A DNA stretch of 64,000 nucleotides from Moniliella sp. 'wahieum' (GCA_003971905.1 RSEE01000049.1:248001-312000), one strand, 5' to 3'. Numbered from the stretch's first letter, positions 49,400 to 62,957 are shown. The notes: generated by a model from the sequence alone, not told the origin. A program made the numbers and translations.

Positions 49400-52100
49400 T
49401 ATGTGTGTGTGACCCGTCACTTATAGCACTGTTATGCACAACATGTACTACTAGAGCTCGGTGCAGAGTAAGCCAGCATACCAATCCGTGCGAAAGTGCA
49501 TTTAACACAGTTGAATAATATACGCGCCGCCGAAGTTCTGAAGTCATACATGATAACCCATCGCTCCCATATATTTGCATCCGAGGGTTTAGTACATTCG
49601 CCGACCAGTAGGCGAGTCCCGTCATGAAGGCAAGTATCATTATTCGCCATAGGTCCTAACTACGTCACCAATTTCCATATTCTCCATGCCATTGATGTTT
49701 CTTAAACATCTTCTCACCATACTCACAATGTCTGTGGGTGTCTTCATTGGCATCGCACCACCTGCTGCTGCTGAACACACAGTTGGTTTCCGGTGGGTGA
49801 GGAAATCACTTTGTATCCAGAATCCCTTATGGTAGTAGCTTCATACGAGCCAGTAACAGTTATTGCATCTTTCAATCCAAGCCCAATAGAAACCCAGCTT
49901 TGCGCGCTGACACTCAAGGCTACGCCCAGGGGCTGGTGGCGGACTACATCTTTGAAGATGATTTCCCAACTATAAATGCATCGGAGGCATAATGAAACAT
50001 ACCGTTTAGATTCGGCTTTCTCGAACTCAACAACACGGTATAGTAATCTGCTGAGAGCAGTCGTTCTCCTTATACAGAGCTAAATGTTAGGGTGAAACTA
50101 CTAATGCGGAGAAAGCGGGTGGAGAACCAACTCACTCATCATGCAGCCGCAATGTTGATCCTGACCGTTTAGTGCCAACGTCACTTCCATCATCTCCGAC
50201 CAAGGCGGAAGAGATAACCTATTTGATGCGTGTGCGATCTTTTTCTTCCTGGCGGACGTCCTCATTGGAATGCGTATTGCAAAGAGCCATCAAAACAAGT
50301 ACGTCAGCATGTAATGGTGTTGATTAATCTCTCCAGATGGTGTAATGAACTGCGACGGTAGGCATGAGGAGATAGGGGTGGGAAAAGAGAACGTGTGTCG
50401 AGGGTGGTTAACCAGCTACTCTCTGGTTTCCCATGTCACAATACCACATTATTTGATGGTTACATGCACAACCACGATTCTCAAGGCTCTAACAAGGATA
50501 TAATATCCAAGAAAGACCGCCCGTGGGCAGCGTTCGCTGTTTTTAGGCTTGAGGCATTAACAATTAACGATCCTCGTGATGGCGTACTGATATTACAATT
50601 GCGGGTTCAAGCCAGTTAGGAATGTGATGTTACCTATTCTATATATAGATGCCATACAGGGACTATAGTGACCACCAACTGATCCTGCAACGGTGGATCA
50701 GGGACTAATTGACCATGAAAGGCGCTTATGGCCTAAATGACATAACATAGCTTCTCAGTATACAAGTTCGGGCTGGTGGCATAGTTATACAAATCGAAAC
50801 TTCTGGATTGTACTCCCCCATGTAACTGGTACATCCTGTGAGTTGCGCATTCACAGCAAAGAAACACACTGAAAACGGGTATCCAGATTACAAACATACG
50901 ACAGGAATATGAGAGGTTCGGGTTCAACGAGTTCAGCTGAATTTTCTTCAAACCCTCTTAGGCTTGTGAACAACCCCAAGGAACAAGTTGCTGATAGGGA
51001 TGGTGAAATGTAATCGCTGGTGCATAACCAATGCCATTGTCATTCAGCATTGCGCCCACCCGAGGGCTAACACAAAGGGTGCCGGTGGTGGTATTCTCCT
51101 GTCTGTTGTTACTAGAGTTACTTCTAGCCTTTGTCTCTAACATCGATCAATAAAATGTTGAGGGTCCTTGTAGCTGTGCTCTAATTTCCAAATGGGTGGC
51201 CCGTATCCCTCACTCAAGGTTTCCCTTACCATTAGCCTCATCTGGGCTGCATGTGAGAATGTGCTACTTGCAAATATCTCTGGCATATAAGAGCCCCATG
51301 ATATGCGGCGGCCGCGAGTGTATGCTTTCCGCTTCATTCCTTCTGCACTCAAGACAAGTATTAATCACTTGAGCGGTGGACCATCGGGCATGCGGACAAC
51401 TGGTTGTTTGTTATTGGATAACCGTTAACCCATTTAGCGTCATTGTTCGACGTAAACGTTCTGCATTCGGCAGTTCATCTTTGCACCGTTCTCACATTTT
51501 TGTGACCAATGTATGATGCCCGGGAAATGCGGATAATAAGTTGTCATACGCGTTCCTGAGGTTGCGAGAAGTTGGTCCTTACGCTACATACTATGGGCAC
51601 GCACATTCTTCCCTAGTCGACTGCGGGCAATGCGTACATTTGTGGTATTTATTTGGGCAGAGTGGGACGGATACAAGGAACGTACGAAATAGACATTATT
51701 CCCCTTCATCATGACAATGCGATTATACCACCAAGCGCAACAAGATATTTACAGAAGAATGAACTGACGAGTTTTAGGGTGAAAAGGGCTCACTGCACTC
51801 GTGTCTATCATACTTGGTCATATCCACGTGCGCTACCTTCGGTCTGGAAGTGAATGACGCATGTGGTCTGGAAACTAGAGGAGCATCAGCTTCAGAGACA
51901 TTGCAGAACAGGGACTTAATGCATATCTCACAGGGCGGCACCAAGGGTTCGGCCCGATTAGCTGAATCCAGAGGATAAATGCTGGAGAGGCTTGAGGCGC
52001 CCCTTTTCTGAGAGGACGGACGGTCTTGGATATAACGAACGATGGGGTTGAGGATTACGATATTGACCCGTTGCAATCACTGGGGCAAAAGGACAACGAC
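49400..52100 (-). pseudogene. Possible degraded Helitron Rep/helicase relic
   Basis: Lower-GC, stop-rich region. Remnants CEICIKSLF, YRVVEFEK (cf. Rep Y.VEFQKRG, ~50017-50040) and CLHDGTRLLV (cf. GLCNGTRL.V, ~49603-49632). Confidence 0.3.
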
Positions 52101-53269
52101 AATGCATTTGAATTGAGTGTAAGTCACCGAGGTGGGAGAGACGAGCCGTTTATGGCTCGACTGTGCTGCGTGTGATGGAAACTGTGCCCAACTCACAGCC
52201 CATCCTGTAATTCGTTCCGGGCAGAGTGGTCGCTACGTCGCATGCTATTCCCTAGCCAGTGGACATCCTAGCAGGAAAGATACAATGGCTGCCAGCCCAT
52301 CCTCATCCCCTCCGAAGGAAGAAGCAAGGATTGGTTGGTGTTAAATGAAGCGAAGGACCCAGTTCCGGGAGTCTGTCTGGTTCGGACTGCGTTCAGTCGT
52401 TGTCACAGTACTGCCTTCAGTTATACTTTGTGTCCTCTTCGCTAGGTATAATGAGTAGCGGTAGAGATGCAGGGTTGAGGTACGTCCTCCCCAATAAATG
52501 CTGGATGAAGCGCCTGCTCCTCAAGCCGAGTCGCTTCTCGTCGTCATCGGTATTATGAGGCTGGAATGAAGAGGCAAAAAGCTCTGTTGACGGAGGAAGT
52601 TCAAGTGTGAGTACTTGTCAGCATAATGGAGGAGGTGTGTTGTCCTCTGCCAGTAGTGATGTTGGGCATGAGTGTTTATTGCTGGGTAGCTATTTGGGCA
52701 CGAAGTACGACCTCTTTCTCCCGAGGACGAAGTCTTGATTGAACAAGGAGCACTAGACGTCGTCACCCTTTTCATGAGGGCGGATCGAAAAAAGGGCGTT
52801 GTTGCGAAGAAAGGTGGGGTGGGTCGGGATGGGCACAAGAGGGTCCTGTGGCTTACTGACAATATCGCACTGCTTTCATACTATTTTGTCCCAACTTCAA
52901 TGGCACGCCTTGCTATAGGTGTTGGCCCTTGGAAAATGGTGGCTAGGCCCGTTTGCGTACTACGGCGTAATTCCTATCAGTCGTGTCCTTCCTTCTAAAT
53001 AAGTTTCTGAGGTGCATATACCTCCAGACCGTCTCCCCAGAAGTATCCAATCCAGCTGCTTGCGAGGAGTATATACCTCTCCCCCCACCCAATGGACAGT
53101 AAAAGGGACAAATAGAAGGGGGGGGGGGTGCAGGGAGCCCGCCCGCGTTTATATGGGTTACGATCCCGTAGGAGGCAGCAGGTCTACTCACGGTAGTTTC
53201 GGGCTTGGGCTATAGTTGGTGGATCCGAGCAGAGCTAGGGACGAGGAGAGGCCTTTTTGGGCGCAAAGC

Positions 53270-53857
53270 CGAGGCGGCTGCACGAGTGGCTAGGCTGAGT
53301 ATACATCGGCTTGGGCCGTAGTAATGTATCTGAAGCGTCCGGGGCTTAGGGACGGGAGGAGGCAGTGGAGGACAAACGCTGCCATAGCTGAGACTGGACA
53401 GGGACGGCTGTCGACGTGGAACCCCCGCGATAAGCTGTGGTATGGGAAATCGACGCGGCTGACGGAAGGCTCGCGCGACTGGACGGATGGAGAGCTGGAG
53501 GACGAGGTGGGAAGAGGAGGTGGGAGCTAAGAGAAGAGGAGGCTGCCTGTACTTGAACAATTGGCTGGGAAAAGGGCAGGAGCTAGACAGGATAGGCGGG
53601 AAGGGACGAGAGTGAAGACAAGAAGGACGAGGAGAGACGAAAATGGAATGCGGGGAAAAAGATCCTCTCATCAACCAGGGGTACAAGCTAGATCAAAGGG
53701 GAAACGGATACAAGAGGGGATGTAGAAAGGAAAATATGTCAAAAGAGGGGTTGGTTGCCGCAGGCGTAACAGAGAAGGGAAAGGGAAACGCGGGGACGGA
53801 GGCGACAGTCGTCGCAAAGATACTGACAACTTAGTGGCCTTATTTAGGCCATCCGAC
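53270..53857 (-). repeat. Copy B of the inverted repeat
   Basis: Reverse complement aligns to 48481-49090; both copies carry the hairpin GCGAC-GACT-GTCGC near their outer end. Confidence 0.8.
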
Positions 53858-53973
53858 ATGGACTCAGTGTGGGCGGGGGCCGCCTATTGTCGCGCGGATG
53901 CATGGCCCCTCGGGCCACCGTACCCAATTTATCCATAACCATCATCACACTTGGTTGGACTGCGGAGCGCGCT

Positions 53974-54450
53974 CTACTGGGCATGTACAGGGCAGGCGGG
54001 CCTTAGCTTGGATCGGGCTATCTCGGATCCAACGCGGTCGGTAACAGGAGCAAGTAATATTTTTGCCAAAGACCCTTGATGGAGGGATACTTTGGGGTCT
54101 CGATCTCTAAAAGTGGCAATGACTGCTTTCTTGAAGCTGTGCGCACAAATCTCGGCCTTGGTACCAAAAGTGCGGGGTTCGCCGCCATTATAGATCTGGT
54201 GGGCCTGACATCTATACTCTTGCACGGAGGCGATGAAGTGGTCGACTGTTTCCCGAAAATCTTGTCAATGTCCTCTGTGAGAGACCATGCTCGTCGCAAA
54301 CACGTTTGACTCGGTAAAGCCACATCTCGATGACTGTACTGTTGCGCTTCGTTCCCAAAAAGGTAGGGATATCGTCGACATAAGTGGAGCATCGTAGGTT
54401 CGAGCGTTTCATGATGTCAGGAGCCTCTGAACTAGCTCGGAAAAGCGAAT
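53974..54450 (-). mobile_element. LTR-retrotransposon gag-like relic
   Basis: DDIPTFLGTKRNSTVIEMWLYRVKRVCDEHGLS...SFKKAVIATFRDRD resembles a capsid N-terminal region; no LTRs or pol seen. Confidence 0.4.
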
Positions 54451-54718
54451 TCAAGGAGGTGGTACCCCTCGACTGATAACCCGCCGTTTCAGCTGTTACT
54501 ATCTCTCGAGGCCAAAAAGGGCTCGATTCAATAAGGCCTCCCGTCCATCGGCCATCGATCGATTGGCTATTAGATTGTTTATAAGGAAACAATGATGGAG
54601 AAACAAGCTCGTCGAGTCGTAAAGCGTACACACGTGTAGTAGTGTTGTAAATGTCCGTATCTACAATAGCACTGGGGAAGGAGGGGGGAAGAAGGGTGCG
54701 AGGGAATACCAGCTTAGC

Positions 54719-56601
54719 CTAGTTCCCTTCCTCCCCCTCCTCGGTCCGTTTAGGTTTCTTACTGCTCTTGGGTTTGAGGAGGGGCAGCCAATCTTGATGC
54801 CCACGTTGAAAATGAGGATGAGCAAAGCAGTGGTGGGACCCGTAGAGTGTCAAGGCAGTCAAGCCCGGGGTGAGAGCAGCGGCGGTGGCTTTTGCTGCCG
54901 ACGCTTCGGCGGTCAACGTGGTGGCCAAAGTCGAGGTGGGGTGCAGGGCAGTTTCTTCCTCGGCTCTGGCTTGGATAGCGTGTGCCGTCACCGCTGCTTG
55001 TATTGCCTGGTTTGCTGACGAGGGGGAGAGCAAGTTCTTGCTCACGGCTAACTGGATCTCGGCTGGAGCAAGGGGTCGTGTGTTGCTGATTCGTTGGAAA
55101 CCATACAACTATCGTTTCAATCAGCGTCAGAAATGCACACAGATGGAAAGACAGAGAGAAGGACGTTTGACGAGAGGGACGTACGTTCAACTGGCGGATA
55201 AACGAAGCATTGTTGTTGTGACGATAGAGGGTGGGAAGGACGTGAGCGGCAAACTCAGTACTGATCGCGGGATCCGCCACAATTATGATCTGGTCTCCAT
55301 TATGAGACCAATGGATGTACTTTTGATACAAAGGGGCGTATCCATCAGGTACCAGAGCTTGGTCACAAACGCTGGATAGCTTGCATTTCCACCCATTGAA
55401 GACCGAATCGTATTGACAGCCTTGGCTGCACTTGCCGAATCCCCATGAGGGGGCACATTCGCTGGAGGTGGGGGAGGCACGCTCACCTCCCGAACAGGAG
55501 GAGGGGAGCATGTACTATATGAAGGCGGCACATACTCTTCACTGCCCGAGATGGAGTCACTGTCGTCCTCCGTCCTGGGCGGAAAGTAGGCTGGAATCGG
55601 AGTAGGGAACGAGGAGGAAGCCAAGTAGTTGAGGGATCGCGACAGGCAGAATGAGGGGGTGGGACCGTAACCGTATCCCCAACTGGGATTCGATGGGGCA
55701 CTAGGCCGACGTACCAAAGCACCCGTGTCCTGGTTGGAAAGCATCCCAAGACACTCGGGCCCCTCCTCGTCTGCCTCGTCGCTGTCTAGCGAGGTGCGCT
55801 GTCTTCCACTGGAGTTGGCAAGGATCGTTGCCGCCGACACGGCATCAGCATCGGCGGCAACGGGAGACGGGAAGCCCCTGCTGCTTGCATGAGAATACCG
55901 TCGAGGGGAATACGGCGCAGCAGGGTACTTGGAATAGCTGGGGCGCCTTCCGTACTTCAGCCACCGATAGCTTCCTTCTTTGCCCCGCAAGGGATCGTAG
56001 GATGAGGAGGATCCCGGGCCACGTAGGCTGTGAGGCAGGGACATGCGCTTGGAGACGGACGTGGCTAGTGTGCCGAGGGATCCGGGACTGAAGCTGAGGC
56101 TTGTGCTGACTTCGCTCCGTCCGGAACGGTCGGGAGACACGGAGTGTGCCCAGGCGGTGTGAGAAATGCGACGATCGGTGATGGGCTGAGCGAGGGAGCG
56201 AGGCCAATTCAAATCCTCCTCCACGGCCATCAGTGTTGGCTCATCATCGTCCGGTTCGATTTGCATGCCTTCCAAGCCATATTCCAGTGCATCCACCTCG
56301 TTCTCTGCCTGCTTGGGGCAGCGCATGGCCGACGTCTTGAATCGATGTCCTACATAGAAGGGGGATGGGTATTCGGGCATGCTGGTCCAGTAGGGGGCTG
56401 GAGAGGATGCCAAGGTGGCGGTGGGTGGGCGTGGGTAGTCGGGTACGGAGCGGCCGGTGCGCGGGCTGCCCAACAAGGATGCGCGACGGGGGGGGGCACG
56501 GAGTGGGGGCCGGTGCGGGTGCTGGGGGAGATGGCGGTGGCGGTGGGGAGCGGGATGGGGCGGCTGGGCGGAGGGCTGTGACCGGCGAAGGAGGGAAGCA
56601 T
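54719..56601 (-). CDS. HSF-type DNA-binding domain transcription factor; frameshifted
   Basis: PAFVTKLWYLM, YIHWSHNG, EFAAHVLPTLYRHNNNASFIRQLN|LYGFQRI with intron 55109-55184 (GTACGT...CTGAC...TAG). Long S/P-rich N-terminus and a basic C-terminal KPKSSKKPKR. Confidence 0.85.
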
Positions 56602-57726
56602 GGCAGGAGGGCTGGTGGTGGTGGCGGTGGTGGCGAAGTAGACGACTTTCTTCCTGCGCCTGGACAGGGGCTAGGTAGGGATGCGCCTTATAATAGGCAG
56701 GCCATTAAGGGAGAGTTGGAGCGCCACCGACAGTGGCCGAGTGCGGGCCGGGGAGCCAAAAGGCATTGGCCAGTGACAGTGACACCGGTAACGCGTTCGG
56801 AACGGGTGGATAGGATACCTTAACCCCGCGCATTAATCAATCCAACTAGTCCATCAATCCATTTCAGCGCGGCTGTAGCATTGGACCCCGTCACGTAACC
56901 TCGGTTGCACGACAGTAGGGACCGAGGGGAGTAAGGCGTCTCTGTCCTCTGGAGGGAGCAGTCGTGTGGTGGTGAACCAACTTACGATCGACTTGAGCGT
57001 GGATGGTGAAGATTCTGGCACGCAGAAGAACGTTCAGATCATCCATTCTCCTCGCCGCCATCCGAGTCGTACGTTCCTGCTCGGACTCGTCAACATCCAA
57101 GTCGTCCAGCAACTGCGCAGCAGTGGCAACGTAAATTGAATGTGCATCTCAATGAGCCATGAGAAGCCGCTAGCGACCAGTGTGTTTGCCTCTAAAAGGG
57201 AGGAAGACGAGCAAGTTTACTCCACGAGGATCCATGCAGACTCCGCCGATGATACAGCGCCTGGTCTCTTGCGAGGAAAATGTGCGTTTGGGACGCAAAA
57301 GGCAACGTTCAAAGAACGATCCGCCCTGTCTGTTGCGGCCCTGGACTTTACGGTCCATGGTGCGTCTAGGCAATGGGGTAGAGCTCCTGGTAGGCATTGG
57401 CAAAGTAGGTGCGGTCCTTGAGTATGGCCGGCGGAGCGGTAGTAAACGCGAATGCGCAGTTCGAGGTCGCCCGGGATCGTCTCCCACGGGGGGGGGGGGG
57501 GGGGGGTGAGCTGGTCTAGGGGCATACGAGGCGGGGGGTGGCGCTGCGCGCTGCCGACGGGCGCGGGAGCAGAGCACATGCCCGGCACGAAGCAGGCCGT
57601 GCCACCCACCGACCAGGGGACAGCAATCATGTTGCAGCCAGCGCATGACGTAAGCACCCGCCCTATGTCCTGCTTTCTTCGCCCGTCAGTCGACGGGATT
57701 ATAACGATGGTTAAAGCCCTCCATCT

Positions 57727-59614
57727 ATGTCCAAGCGTCCGCTCTCGCTCGCGGAGCTGCTGGCCCAGAAGCAGCACAATGCCTCCTCTTCCGCTCCTTC
57801 TGGCGTGTCTTCCGCGCCCTCCACGCCCTCTGCGCCGGCCGGCCCTCGGTTCCTCACCAAAGCCCAGCGTCAAGCCGCCGCCGCGCAGGACAAGGAGCAC
57901 CAGCAGCAGCAACAGCAACACGACCATCCCCTCCTCCCACTTCCTCCTCCTCCCACCGCCCACGCGAAGCCTCTGCCTCCCGCTCGGCTCCTGTCGCGCC
58001 CTTGCCGCCTGTGACGGCAGCAGAGCAAGAAGCCATCCGGCAACGTTACCTCGGTCTGAAGCCCTCCCGCGGCAGCACCAAGAAACCACGGCGTGCGCAA
58101 GACCGGCGGTGGCGTTTCGAGCACGATTTGGACGAAGATACGAGCCAGGCTGGGGAGGTGGGTGGTGCGGCGGTCGTTCCTACCCCTTCTGGTGGGTCCC
58201 ATTTAAGTGGCGGATGGAAAACGCGGGATCCGTTGGCCAAGACCAAGGCTGGTGGGGACCAGCGCCATTGGTCGGAAAAGACGTTGGGGGAGATGAGGGA
58301 CCGGGACTGGCGTATTTTCCGAGAAGATTATGGGATTTCAGCGCGTGGGGGCTCGATTCCGCGACCGCTGCGGACCTGGGAAGAAAGCAGTATCCCCCCT
58401 GCCATTGTGGCGGCGATTGCCGATATTGGGTACCAAGAGCCCACTCCGATTCAACGCCAAGCCATCCCGATTGGGCTGGAGAACCGGGATTTGATTGGGG
58501 TGGCCGAGACTGGGTCGGGAAAGACGGCTTCGTTCCTGATTCCCCTTTTGGCGTACATTTTGTCGCTTCCGCGCCTTACCGAGGCCACCAAATCGTTGGG
58601 CCCGTATGCCCTGATCCTCGTCCCTACCCGCGAGCTGGCGCAACAAATCGAGGTGGAGGCACGCAAGTTTGGTGCTAGGCTGGGAGTGCGGACAGTGTCG
58701 ATTGTCGGCGGAAAGGACATGGACGACCAAGCGCATGCGTTGGAGGAAGGGACGGAGATTGTGATTGCCACACCTGGTCGGTTGCGCGATACGCTCGAGA
58801 AGCATATTCTGGTACTGGCGCAGTGCTACTATGTGGTGATGGACGAGGCGGATCGGATGTTGGACATGGGGTTTGAGCCGGCGGTGAACTTTATTTTGGA
58901 TGCGCTTCCTTCGGAGCAAGAAGGGCGGGAGCGCGTGACAATGCTCTACTCGGCGACCATGCCGACGACTGTGGAACGCTTGGCCCGCACCTACCTCCGT
59001 TCCCCGGCCAGCATCACGATTGGGGATGCCAACGAGGCTTCGTCGACAGTGGAGCAACGGGTGGAAGTATTAAGTTCCGAAGACAAGAAACAAGCGCGGC
59101 TGTTGAGTTTGCTACGGGAGGTGGGTGGGGCAAAGATTGTGTTTGTCAACACCATTCTCGAAACCGACCGACTGGCCAAATGGTTAGCTACCGCCGCGCG
59201 CGTCCACCCTGCCGTCTTGCACTCGAAGCGGACCCAATCGCAGCGAGAAGAAGCGCTAGCGCAGTTGCGTGCAGGCAGTACGGACGTGTTGGTCTCCACC
59301 AACCTAGCTGGACGCGGGATCGATGTGCCCAACGTATCGCTGGTGGTAAATTACCAGATGAGCAACACGATCGAAGACTACATTCACCGCATTGGGCGTA
59401 CGGGAAGAGCGGGCAACCAAGGGTTGGCCATTACGTTTATTGATCTCAAAGCGGATGAAGGGGTCCTGTATGATCTAGTGCAGCAACTGGAACGTTCACC
59501 CCTTTCCCGTTTCCTCCTGAACTCGCGCGCCATCCCGCGTCCAAAACCAAGGCAAGCACCAGTGTCCGCGATGGGGGCAAACGCAAACGTGGGGCAGACG
59601 ACGAGGGGTGGTGA
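57727..59614 (+). CDS. PRP28: Prp28 DEAD-box splicing helicase
   Basis: MSKRPLSLAELL, PRFLTK, RHWSEK.L.EMRDRDWRIFREDY, PTPIQRQAIPIGL, AETGSGKT, PTRELAQQI, DEAD, SAT, GRGID, HRIGRTGRAG. The true C-terminus PPELARHP...KRKRGADDEGW* lies in a shifted frame. Confidence 0.95.
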
Positions 59615-61484
59615 GTGCCTTTTTGCGCAGGGATGGCGAGACTGCCCTCCACCCCCTCGATCCGTCTCGGGGCTTCTGGGGGCTCTGCGGACGAGACACC
59701 ACAAGTCATACATGCCCTATTTTTCACCATCGTCCCGACCCTCCTGGGAGGCGTGATGTCCCCTTAGAGAACTGCGGCCAAGAGGGCCGACGACTAGGCA
59801 GCTCCGTTTGAGCCCGGTACGAGTAGGTCATAGGGATCATGGGGTGCTTGCGGTCTTGAAGGAGGGTCATGCATGCAGTGGAAAACAGCCTGTGAGAGCA
59901 ACAGGGGGGTAAGGAGAGGACACGAAAGAACGAGCGAAGAAGGAAAGGGTTCGCGTAGTGGCAAAAAGGTAGGCGCTGCAAGAAGTTTCTCTTAGGCCTC
60001 GCCTTCCCCAGCTCAGTCGGACCGAGCGTCAGTTTATCATTGGTTGCGTGGAGCCAAGAGTGAGAGAAGAATACAGATTTTGTCCCCACGCAGAAATGTT
60101 GACGGGATGAGCGAACATCGAAACTACCAAGAACGTGCTCGCTCGTCACCGTGGTCGAGTGACCTCCCAGACCCCCCCTACCCCGGAGCAGCGAGTGAGA
60201 GCAATCCGCCACCCGGCCCGCCCGCCGCCTCTTCGTCGCGACTGTGTATCTTCATACTTGCTTCAACGCAAAACGCATTAATCACGCAAGCGCCGGAAGG
60301 AATGGATGGGAGTGCTAGGGATGGGGGAGGACATGTTGGTGTTGATGTTGATGACGCTGGAGCATCCAGGGAGCTGGAGAACGGTGCAAGCGGGGGTAAC
60401 GTGTAACGCGGAATGCGTAACGCGTCGTGAAGGGAGCGTGGATGCTGTGCCATGGCGGTGCCCTGCTGTGCGCCGCTTGGCCTTAGGCCTCAGCCTGAGG
60501 CCTTATACAGCGCGGCTGAGCACGGACGCATGATGCATGCATGATGCGAGCGACCCATGGTGGCACGCAACCAACAACGGGTGATGCTTGGCACGCGTGA
60601 CGCATGACGCAGGAGTGCGTGCAAGGGACCGAGTGACGTCAGAGCCAGAGACAAGATGGGGTACGGAGCACCGGCGCATTGCCTGGCACTGCGTGGCGCT
60701 GAACTGAGTCTCAGTACTCAGCACTCAGTACAGTGTGCTCAGTGCGCACGCACGGACCAACCACGCTTGCGGCCCAGCAGCCATGGTGCACGGGCCAAGC
60801 GGGGCACGGCGACGGTGCAGACGATGAAGCTCCGGCCTGCAACAGCAGGCTACAACAGGCTACAGCGTGGACAGCTGGTCTGTCGGGCACTGCAAGTTGA
60901 ACCCTGGGAGCTATGGAAGGTACTCAAAACGAATGCGGCGATGCTGTGGATGCTGGAACACGTTTCGCTGTGGAGACATGGGTATTAGCCCCGTATAGAA
61001 CGCTATCATGTATCAACCCCTCCTCAAAGAACCTATTCACCCATCCCAACAGTAGACCCCTAGCCCCTAGCCCTCTCCAGCCCTGTATGAAGAGCGTCTC
61101 AACCTTGGGCTCCTTGCCTGCGTGAGAGTGTTGCTGAGTGCTGAATCGGACCGAGAAATTAGATCTCAGATGATGAGATCTCAGATTCACCCAAGCGTCT
61201 TTAGGTCCAACGTCCCTGGGCCGAATGCATGCGCTGTTGTGCGTTGTGCACGCGCAGAACTCAGCCACTCAGCATCGTCTCGTAACGCGTAATATCCATT
61301 ACTTGCCTCCTCGACCTCTCGTCAGCGTCACGAAAGGACGCAACATGGCGCATGACGCGGTGCGAGTCACTGACTAGGGACAGTCCACTAGCCACTAGCC
61401 ACTGGCCACTGGTCCCTCAGCGCCACCTGCTGCTCACAGGTACATTCTGCTACATCCTGCTCTCTCCCCGGGATGTAGGAGCGT

Positions 61485-61516
61485 GCGTGACGCGCGTGAC
61501 GCGCGTGACGCGTGAC
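61485..61516. repeat. T-G-A-linked palindromes ACGCGCGT-G-ACGCGCGT-G-ACGCGT-G
   Basis: Read directly; 9-nt period followed by 7-nt period. Confidence 0.85.
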
Positions 61517-62957
61517 CCACAGGCGGTATGGGATACCGTCGTGGCAGGCAGTGAGTGATCTTGCTCTTGCTTAAAGCTGGAGGGACGTCCGTGCGCAATA
61601 AATACCTCGTTACCAAACGTGACCGTCACCGGGAGCAACATTCGATGCCAAGCGCTGGGCTTAGCGCTACCCAGTCACCGTCGACGTCATGCACGGTCAG
61701 CCAGTCACCTGAGGCCTCACCTGAGGCCTGACCCTCAGGCGGCCTGGAGGCCCAAAACGCATGTTGGGATGCACGGTAGGAAGGAATGTTTGCGCATGGC
61801 TCGTTCCTCCCCCATTCAATCCTCAATACTCGAGTACTCATCGATCCTCGAGCTCATCGCCATCTCCATTGCATATCGGCCGCGTCATGCGCGCCATTCT
61901 ATGAACTGGTTGGGCCACCACAGGGGGAGGGTACACGTCATGCCGAGAGCTCCGATGCACGGGGGCACGGATGCACGGATGCACGGATGTCTTGAGCTGG
62001 CCGTGCATGTCCAACAGTTGGAAAGAAGGTCAGGGACTTCGCGAGTGAAGCTTGAAGCTAGTGGCTTGAAGCGTGAAGGTAGCACGAAGCCTAAGTGAGA
62101 AAAGTGACCTAGTGACCAGAGAGTGGAGAGAGGTGGCGAAGGGAAGCATGAAAGCCCGCACGCTGCCATACGGATAAGTCCGAGAATTCGATGGGCACCA
62201 GGCCAATGTGCGATGCGCCACCAAAGGCATGGCGGACGAGAGGAGCGTGAGGCCTGGGGGAGCCCATCCTTCCCTCGACCTCATCGATCTCATCAGTAGC
62301 CAACTAGTCAATGGCAACGTGGTGGCGGCATGCCAGAGCCGACCAGGACAGGCCGAACCGGCCCCCAGCCAAAAAGCCTATATCATGACCTGGTCCAGCC
62401 TGCGCTTGTCACATGTCACGCGTGATTCATTGGCTGGCTCCGCTCTGTCGTCACGCGTCACGAGTCACGCGTCACGCGTCATCGAGTGAGTTACGCGCTA
62501 CGCTCAGCCAGGACTACCCGCCTGCCCCCCGTCGTCCTCCGCGGCTTCCCCCGCTCCGCCCTCGCGCTGACCTTCGACAGCCTGCTCGGTACTCAGGCCT
62601 CCTCCGGCTCCCCATCCAATCCATTCCCTCCCTGCGTCGCACAGCATCACCCATCACGCACCACCCGCACGCATCCCTCACCCCACCGCGTATGATGTAA
62701 CCCCATCCCATCCATCTCCCCCTCCGCTTCCCCCTGCCAACGTCCGTGCGCCCAGCCGATTGCGTCAGGAAGATCGTCAAGCGCTCTTGCGCGGCCAACG
62801 TGCGACGGGGAACGGCTACCGGCTAACTACGCTCCACGCGCCAACACTGGGCCCGTGCAGCCATTCCGTCGCAGGCCTCAGGGCGCTCTTTACTTTCCCA
62901 ACTGCACAGCCTCCCCCGCCCTCTCCCCCCAGCAGACCGTGCACGAGCCATGGACTG

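Noticed and set aside
54340..54390. YVDD as a reverse-transcriptase motif
   Set aside because: Context fits a gag-like IPTF.G segment and no other RT motifs surround it.
56891..57530. Possible small minus-strand gene divergent from PRP28 (LKDRTYFANAYQELYP; LLDDLDVDESEQE)
   Set aside because: Fragments look protein-like, but I could not build a consistent exon and frame model or recognise a family.
59790..60340. Possible minus-strand gene downstream of PRP28
   Set aside because: No consistent frame, splice model or motif.
62715..62740. STRE (CCCCT) elements upstream of the DDR48-like gene
   Set aside because: C-runs are ubiquitous here, so the matches are not distinguishable from background.
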